A stretch of DNA of 64,000 nucleotides. Origin: Caecitellus pseudoparvulus (Eukaryota > Protista > Bigyra: Bicosoecida). The notes below the pieces were generated by a model, which made no database searches, was not told the origin of the DNA, and was given only the letters and a program-made list of their open reading frames with translations. Every line of letters begins with the position of its first letter. The first letter of the stretch is position 1. The stretch lies in assembly GCA_965644315.1 (NCBI GenBank), contig CBFFRQ010000055.1, positions 124,001 to 188,000 on the forward strand, in the 5' to 3' direction. Positions 12,001 to 21,000 of the stretch are shown in pieces. Position numbers and translations under genes: made by a program.

Positions 12001-15000
12001 TGGGGGTGGGGGTCCTGGGAGCACGCTGCAGGTGGTGGACGCTCTGGAGCAGGGTCAGGACCTGGACATCGTGCTGGAGGTGCAGGTGAATGCGAGTGTG
12101 TCTGCGGAGGAGTCACACAGCTTGAGGGGGCGGGTGGGGTGGTCCAGCTACCCTGCCACTGCACTGCAACACCCAGGCAGCTCGTCGACGTACGATGCTG
12201 ACGCCTTGGTGGGTTTGGAGGTGCAGACGCGGCTGCTGGCGGTGGACAGCGTGACCAGGAGCGCGCAGGGCACGGCAGTGTCAGGCGATGCTGGTGCGGT
12301 GTCGTTTGGGTCTGTGGTGGAGGTGGAGGGGCGGGTGCTCGTGCCTGAGGGCATGCACACAGGCGTGAACGTGACGATTGCGTCAGTGGCCTCGGCGTGT
12401 ACGTACTTGGATGCTGCGTCTGTGGTGGTTGTGGGGGGTGTCAGCTTGGTGCTGGGCACGCAGAGCGAGGTGTGGAGTCCATCTGCGGGTGCGGCCGATG
12501 CTGTGACGGTGCAGTTTGCCAGCGTGCACAGCACGGGTATGAATGCGCCAGATGCATTCTTGACGGTGCGTGTCGACAGCGTGGTGCGGGATCTGCCTGG
12601 GTGTGGAGCTGGTGACACGTTGGAGTGGGAGGTGCGGGTGTGGAGCAGCGAGCAGAGCAGCGTGCAGGTGATGTTGGGGAGCAGCATGACGGTGTATGAG
12701 CCTTCTGGAGGTATCTTTGCGGAGTTTGGGGGCGCAAGCATTGAGGCCCTTGACGTTGTTACAGTTCCGGTGCTGCTTGTCGCGAGTGCATTAGCGGATT
12801 CATCGACACTGTTTGATGTTGAAGTTGTGGCTTTAGGTCTTCCAGATGTCGATTACTCAATTGTCGGTGTTAGTGCGCTTGATGCTCCGGGATCCTCGTG
12901 TGCTCTGGGGACTCCGCCTTCTCACGTCCTTGTTGTTTGCGGGGTTGTACAAGCTGGCTCAATGGTATCATTCAATTTTTCCATTCAAGCCAACCAAACG
13001 CTAAGCGCAGGAAGCAATGTCACTATTGAGCTCGGGTCAGTATGGGAGTCTTCCGAAAGTTCCACGTTCGCTTCCTCATACTCTGCTCCTGTTCTGGTTC
13101 TTTCTTCCATTCTCGCACGCAGCCCAACTTTGCGAGCATTTTCGCCCGCATCACCTGAGGCTCCTGGACTGAACTTTTCAACTTTTGGTGGACAAAGTTC
13201 CATTTTGGTGAACATCTCAGTGACCAAAGGCTTGTCTAGTAATATGTCAGTTCAGCTGGACTTTCCAGAGCTGTCATTCGGTGCTTCTCCGACTGTACTC
13301 CATTCAAGTTTCCCTTTCATGGTGTTCGCGAGTGAGCCTCCGTCCATCACTCAAGGTGAAAACAATTGCTCAAAGGTTGTGCTTGGAACCGTGAGCAACT
13401 TTGCAAATTACACCGGTCCCTACATTGTACAAGTGCATGTCGGTTTTTCTGTGTCAGGCGCCGAGGCACTCGTTGCGGGCGACACCATAAGTGCTCTGGC
13501 TTCCTTGAACATAGCTGGGGTAACCAACGTGTCTGCCATGGCGACCAGGTTCACGGCGGTTGAACCTTATGTCACGACTTCTCTCAACGCCTCCCCGCTT
13601 TCCCCTCTTGAAGCCTTTGACACCTTTGTCGTCTCATTGGGAGTTGAAGCGGGCAGTGGTCCAGCGCTGGCCCCTGCTCACGATGTGCGCTTCTCGTTCA
13701 CAAATGGCAGCACCCATTGGAGGATCTGGGAAGTTTCAGATACTGTGAGCAGTTGGACAAGTGGACTTCCTCCTGACATGCTCTGTGCTAGCGAGCAGCC
13801 AGCCATCAACTTCGCGCTCTTGCCCAGAGCGCTGATGATGCAGCCAGGAAGCCTCACCACATTCCACCTTCAAGGCATACTATGTTCCTCACCTTCTGTG
13901 TCATCGTTGGTGCCTTTTGGGCTCAATGTCTCGTATTGGTCAGCTGCAGCACCAGGACTCGCGCCCCGTAGAACATATCTCTCCGTTCCAGAGTCAGTCG
14001 GCTTGCAGACCGCCAATGTCTCATTGGTAATTCGAAATTCCACGTACTTGGGGTACGCGGACGACATTGTTGCGCAAGGCGAAAGCATGCTGGTTTTTAT
14101 GCTGGTTCAATTGCCGCGCTTGTCATTTGAAAACTTCGTGGTCAACGTCAGTTCTGTTGACTATCCACTGCTGCGAATAAATGAGACATACGTCGAAGAG
14201 TCGTTTGGATGTGTGAGTTTGGTCGGTGGGCTCGAGCAGGCTTCCCTTTTGCCCCCATCAGTCTCTGAAACGCCTTTTTCTTCGTCCGTTAGTTTCGGCG
14301 ACATTCGGAGTGTCGTTAACGCTTCCTCTGAGCAAGGTTTTGTCCACGTGGTGGCGTTGGTTCAAGTGCACAAGGGCACACCTGCTGGCACAGATACCAG
14401 CATCTCGGTTACAGTATGTACCTTAGAATCCTCGTGTGAGTACAGGTTGCAGGCCGGGGCATCTTTCAGAGTGCACAGGCCTGGTTTCCTGTGGGCAGCA
14501 CCTGGTTCATCTTCAGGGTTCCAGGTCACCGCTGCCGGCGGAGAGCCGTTTCATTTTACGGTGAACATCAGCTTGCCACAGCATCCGTGGAACTCGCCAG
14601 CATTCAATGTGACCCTGTTTGGTGCCGGCAGTGATTGGGATGCATTTGTTGTTTTAAGTGCCACCAGCGCTTGCTGGCCTACTGGCGGTGACGACTTCAA
14701 TGATGCAAAGCCCCGTGACCCGATTCTGCTTTCCGACTGGTATGGAATGAGCGCCTCTCCATTAGCGCACATTCCCATGCTTGCCGAGGGGCAAAACTGC
14801 TCAGTCAACGTGACAGCCGTGGTTTCTTCACAAGTTTCAATGGGTGAGCGCTTTGAGCTTCCTCTCTCATTGAATCACTCTGCGACTCCCACCTCGGCAA
14901 CTCTGGGTGGCGTTGATTCTGCCTCAAGATTTGGAAGATTTCTTCCATTTGCCATTGCGTTTGATGCTAGGTCTCCAACGCTGTCCCTGCGTCTCGCCAC

Positions 15001-18000
15001 ATTAAATGTTTCGGTCACCCCGGAAGACAGGTTTGTGGCAGGCCAGGATGTTTTCTGCACCGTGGTCTTGTTTGTTCCAGTTGGACAAGTTGACATGACC
15101 GAGTTTTGGATGGAAGCTACTGGCGAGGGCTCGTTCTCCGTTGAAGAACTGACGGAGGTGTCAAGCGATGGGAGCATCTTCCTGAACGGAACAAGGCCAG
15201 CAAGGAGCGCTACCGCACTGATCAGCAACGCCACGGCTCACTTGCCTCTGGGACATCTTGTGAACAATGGTACATCAAGTGGGAGCATTTCGTTCGTGTT
15301 CAGGCTCTCGACCGCTGCGAGCGGGTGGGCAGTTCTCGATACCTTGCAAGCCACGGTCTCAGCCCACTGCCTTACTTGTTCAGCTGCCATCCAAGCGGAC
15401 GACAGCATTAGCTTTGATGACCCTCAAGTGCAGGCCTTGACCCTGCCCCAGCTCGCATTCAGTGGCATCGACGCTGGGGACGAACTGAATCTGACCTTGC
15501 AGCTGACAACACAGGCGTCTGCATCAAGCATCACAGATGCAGAGTTTTTTGATATGACCCTGGGCTTAGGTGTGTACGAGTACATAGGGGCCTGGCTTGA
15601 AGAAGATCTAGTTGCTCCGTGTGCGAGCCAGGCGCAGGGCACCCAGCCTTTCAGGTGGCTAGTGCTCCCTGCTTTGGCACCAGGTCAAACCTACACTGTG
15701 GTCGCACTTGTCAGATTTTTGGCGCAGGTCGAAGTCGGTGGAGAGCTTGAAGCAGGCATACATTTGGCCTACTCCTCCTTTGCTGGCGGCTCCGGCGCAC
15801 AAGAGCGTGTGCTTGAGCCGATCTCCCAGCCAGTTTTCAAGCAAGCAGGACCACTAATGTTCGCGAATCTGTTTCCTGACTCACATGCCCCATCCAACAA
15901 CTTTGTCACACCTGGAACGGAGATCGAGTTTGTGCTGTCCATATCGCTTCCACGTGGAACTGCTTCAAATTTTTCGTCCAGCATTTCGTGCCTGCCCTCC
16001 AATGTGCTCGCCTTCGCGGATGAAGCGAGCATCATCGTCTCGTCGTCCGCTGGAGTGACGCTTGGCTCATGTGCGGAGAACACGCCTGTGGACTCCATTC
16101 TCGGCAATGGGCACACAAGACCATGTGACCTGGTCACTGTTGGCAACTCCACGAGCGAGTATGCCTCACTTACTGTTTCGCTTCGTGCTGAAGTCTTGGA
16201 TGTGGCTCAAGTCTCACATGGCGCGGTTCTTGCGTTTAACGCGTCAGTGGAAGCGAAAGGCATTGCCCCATTGTTTCATGTCGTCACAGCTACTGTTGCA
16301 GAGCCGTTTCTGAACTTCAGCAACGTGCAGCTTGCGCCTGCCTTTGCGACCGTAGAAGCTGGCGACTCTGTTGAGCTGCAGGGAGTTGTTGTGCATGCGA
16401 ACTCCTCAAGTTCTTCAGCACACAATATTTCACTTGTACCTGGTGTGCAGGGACCAAGTAGCTGTTTGGCATCATGTCCATGGGACCAGGTTCCACTCCT
16501 GCAAGTCTCCCACGCGGCTGCCGACTCGACTGGTTTGGCCGTCAGTCCATGTGATGGTGATGCAATCTCAGGCTTTCCAAGTTTGCTGCTAGGGTCATCT
16601 TTCGTGACAAGAGTCGTGCTCGATGTCAAGTGCAGTGCAGGGAGTGGCCAACATGCATTGCTTCTTCCTGCCTTCAGCTTCCAGTCTCACCCGAGCAGCG
16701 TGCATGCGCGAGCGTACGTCCATCCTGTTGGGCGCTTCGCAGTCAACTTCACGCGAAGTTTCGATCGTGGCTTTTCTGTGAGTTGGCTGGGAAATCGATG
16801 GTATGAGCCACCTTTTGAGTTCCCACCTGGGGCCACCTTGAGTTTTTCCCACGAGTTGCAGCTAGTGCGAGGCAAAACACATAATGTCTCGTACAAGGCA
16901 GTCATTCTACATGAAGGTGGGGTTGCCTCCCCTGTGCAGTACGTGTTCGCATCGCAAGGCGTGTTGAGCCAGGGACTCAGGACTGCTTCTGCATTTTCCT
17001 CTCACCCAGCTTCCGGGCACCTTGTCTCTGTGGGGAACTCGTCCATTGAAAGGATTGCTGCAAGCACCTTGTCGCCTTCTCCTTCCGTTGCTTTCGTCAC
17101 AAACGTCACTCTACATAACGCATCTGAAGAGTGGTTTGCCCTCAACTCGTCCATGAAATGGAGTCCCGATGGAAGAGGTGCATCGAGCATCAACGTGACC
17201 ATCGTCAGGCCGAGAGTTGAAGTGGGTGTTGAAGTTGAGCGACACGGCGTTCGTCCCCTCAACTCTCTATGGGGAGGCGATACACTGGGGCTGAAAGTAT
17301 GCCTCAGTAACTCTAAGGCGAGCAAGTCGGCGGCGTTCAATGTTTCTTGCGCATGTGCCCATTCAACGAAGAAGTCTTCCTTCGCATTTTACGAGATCCT
17401 CGATAGCTCCAACGGCTCTGCCCCTGTTGCACTGGCCCATCATCAAGAAGGCTTCACTTTAAGCAGAGACTTCATTCCCTTGAGTGAAACAACTTGTGCC
17501 ACGGTAAATCTGACTTTGTTCGTGGGGACGCTCGTTGCCGAAGATGTCGGTTTGAATCTGTCATGTACATATCAGTCTACCCCACATGCGAACCTTGGAA
17601 CTGAACACTACACTTCAGATCTGTCCCAAGTATCGCTCTCGGTAGCAAACGGGAGTTCATCAAGTGTGGGGTTGGTAAAGGGTCGGGTAGAGACTGAGAC
17701 CGCTGGTTCCCCCGATCTCATCGCGCCCGGCGATGTGCTGCACTTGAATGTGAGCATTGCTGTCCCACCTGTTCAGCTTTTGAACTCAGCATTAGATTTG
17801 CACTTTAACAGCACTATTGCTGCAGGGGGGGTGACTTGGCACCAAGTTCATGTCAACAACGGGGAGCTCCACTCCGATTTTACTCCACCCCTTTTCGTGC
17901 AGCAGAGCACTACAACGTACACTTTCCAGCTCGGTCGCTTGGTGCCTTCCAGCAGTCTCATGATGTCCCTCTCGCTGCTTGCCTCCATGAAAACAATTGG

Positions 18001-21000
18001 CCAGCCAACAACCCCACCGGAATCATCAATACCCGTCGGAGCTACATTTCGATGGAATTCCGCGGCCAACAGCTCCTATCAACAGGATCTTCCAGGGATG
18101 CTTCTTTCCGTTGTCGAGCCAACTTTACGAGTTGGGCAGGTTTCGCCACAAACCCGAGGAGGCTTGTACCGAGGCGAGCAGGCGACCTTTTCGTTCCTCC
18201 TTGCGAACCAAGCGGCGCTACGTGAAGCAGGAGATAGGAAGAACTGCTCAGGATCGCCATATCTTGATTCGACTGGTTTTAATGTTTCCGTCTTGGATCA
18301 AGGCCGCTTCATTGGAAGCCCCACCGGTGAGGCGCTGTACGCACTTGTTGGTGTCACAGTCAACGGCACAGCTACAAGCACAAATTTGACCGCATTCGAA
18401 CAGGACGGGGTCATTGCCCGGTTCCCTTCGATCGGCCTGTTCGACGTCGTAAACGTGAGCTTCACCATTCGCCTTACTCATTGGTCGTTGTGGGCAACAG
18501 TAGTGCGCCCGAACGTCACAGCCGTGTGGTACAACCTTCCACAGACTGGCAATGGAACAGGTATGCTACATTCAAGCCAGGCGTGCGCGTCTTCGATCGC
18601 CACGATTGCCATTGTCAGCCCGACGCCAAGCGTAACTGCGTCTCCGAGTGTCACAGTGACACCGACAGGCACCCCCACGCCTTCACCATCACCAATCGTC
18701 GTCCCCCAGCTTGAAGCAGGAACAGCTGCAAGAGCGGAAGTCTTTTTCGGTGCCACAGATCGATTCGTCTTCCCTCAGTTTCAGTTGATACTCTCTGACA
18801 CTAGCTCTGGGCAAGGGGTGGTTGGGGCGCAAGTTGTGGGGTGTACAGGTATAGCGCCCCAGGGTGCATGCTCTGCTTGGTGGAAGAATCTTGAAGCTTC
18901 CGTTACGACCATATCGGTCAAGGGCACAGTTCACATCTTTGCAGTGTCTGTTTTTGTCCAGCACCCTTCAACGGTTGGCTGGCTCGCCGGCCACGGCGAG
19001 TCAGCCCTTGCGAGCGCTGCAGTTGCACTTGATCTCGCCGTCACGGGGGCTTCTGGGATGACACTAAACACCACCATTGAGGTAAGCATTCTGAACCCAC
19101 TTGCCAATGCCGTCAGTTCAGTGTCTGCGTCAAGTCGCCCAGACCAGTTCTGGCTCTCTACGGCCCCCCGCCTGATCGAGGTTGCGCACGTCCTGGGCAG
19201 CAAGCGAAGTGAGCTTCAGACTGTGTGGATTGACACAAACTCTGCAGCAAGCAGTCTTATTCATGTTGCTGTGCAGGGTTCACAAAGCTGGCTCGCAGTT
19301 GGACCACCAGCGGCTTCCCCGAGCCAGAATTCTGGCTCTCTGGCAGCTGGTGTGCGCGCGCACAGGGTTCCTGTCTTTATCAATGCTTCCGCTCTGCAGG
19401 CTGGACACTACTCTCAGACCATATCGATGGCTATTGCTGGTGAGGCATCCCTCAGCCCCGCTCTCATTCAAGTCCGACTGCGTGTTGTACGCACCCGACT
19501 GGTCGTGCTGCCGTCGGGAAGGTTCGTTCACATTCGCCCTGATATGTCAGCCACGACGTCCTTCATTATGAGCAATGAGGGCGTGCATCCATCAACGTAC
19601 ACACTAGCTTGGGGGGAAGAACTCGCCTCACAGCCGCCGAGTTGGCTCTCCCTCTCTGCCATGTCAAGAAACGGCACGCTGGCCTCAGGGAGTGACACCA
19701 CTCTCGCCTTCACAGTGGATGGCAGCGCTGTTCCTGTTCGGGGGGAGTCATTTACGTTTCCTGTGACGGTAAGGACTTCAGGTTTAGCTGCTGGAGTTGA
19801 TGACGAAGTGCAGCTTACGCTCACTGTGCTGGTGAGCGGCATCGTGCCTTGCGAGGGCTCATTGCATGTAAATCTGTCTGCGGGTGAGCGTCCTCTGATT
19901 CCCATCCCTGTTGGGTTCACTCCGAATCTTGCGACCATGATCAGGTTCCAACCCAGCTCGGGCCTAGCCTTGCTGTCATCAACATGGCTAAACGTCACGT
20001 CACCAGTTTTCGCTTTGGTACGCTCCACTGGGCATACCGTCGCGTGGGTCTCGCCAAAGGCAGCGCTGAGCCAGAACGCCGGGTCGCACCAAGAGTTCGT
20101 TGTCATCGAAACGTTGACCCCATTCAACAACTCATTGCGCGTTCAGGAAACCTTGCAGATCTCAGTGACCTTTGGAGTGGCACCGGGACCACCCGTCGCT
20201 GACAATTCTTTGGCCAGGCTTTGCCCACCCACTGCGACGAGCCTTGGCTCCGGTTTAGAGAGAGCCGGTGCCGGACATGATGCAAGCTCGGCAGGCACAC
20301 CGCAGTCAGGCGATTTGAACAGGACCATCGCGGTTGAGTTTCTTGAACAAGGCGACCCTCCCTCAGCTTTTGTGGCGCTGTGCGTTTCGCTTCGAGACCT
20401 GTATGGTAATGCCGTTCAATTATGGCAACCAAACGTGGCAGTGAAAGCCAGTTTGTTCAGGAACGGAGCTCTGGTTCAACGCCTGCTTTCCTCCAAGCTG
20501 ATCGCAAGCCCACTCGCGAACACTCACTCTGTGACTGTGCACGCCTCAAGCCCTGGACTGCTGAGTGCGACGGTTTTTATCGGCCAGCGAGCTGTTCAAG
20601 GCACTCCTGTTCAGGTTGCCATTTTGCCGCCTGTGTGCGATGCAGCGTCTCAAGTTCGAAGCGGTCCAATGTCGGAGTGCACGTGTGCACCGGGCTTTCA
20701 GCGTTCATTGCACCAGGGAAATACCTCCTCCCTCGTACAGCACTGCTCGAAGTGCCCTGAAGGACACTTCAAAAGCGTACCCTCTGACACTGTTCGATGC
20801 TCAAGATGTCCGGTTGGTATGTTTGCTTCAGACAGTCGCAGTGAGTGCATAGGGTGCCCTGAAGTACGTGGAATCGCGTGCTCTGGCGGCGTGTGGGCAA
20901 TTGAGCCCGGGTACTGGTGTACCGGGTGCCTAGAGCGCTCTGAACCTAGAAAACGAAGTCTTACAGGAGTGTCTGGTTTGCCACATGCGGTGGGTCCGCT

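Noticed and set aside
6990-12741. Recurring 70-220-aa ORFs on the opposite strand and in alternate frames
   Set aside because: Shadows of the G-rich 939-bp coding repeat; they recur with the same period and show no independent protein signal.
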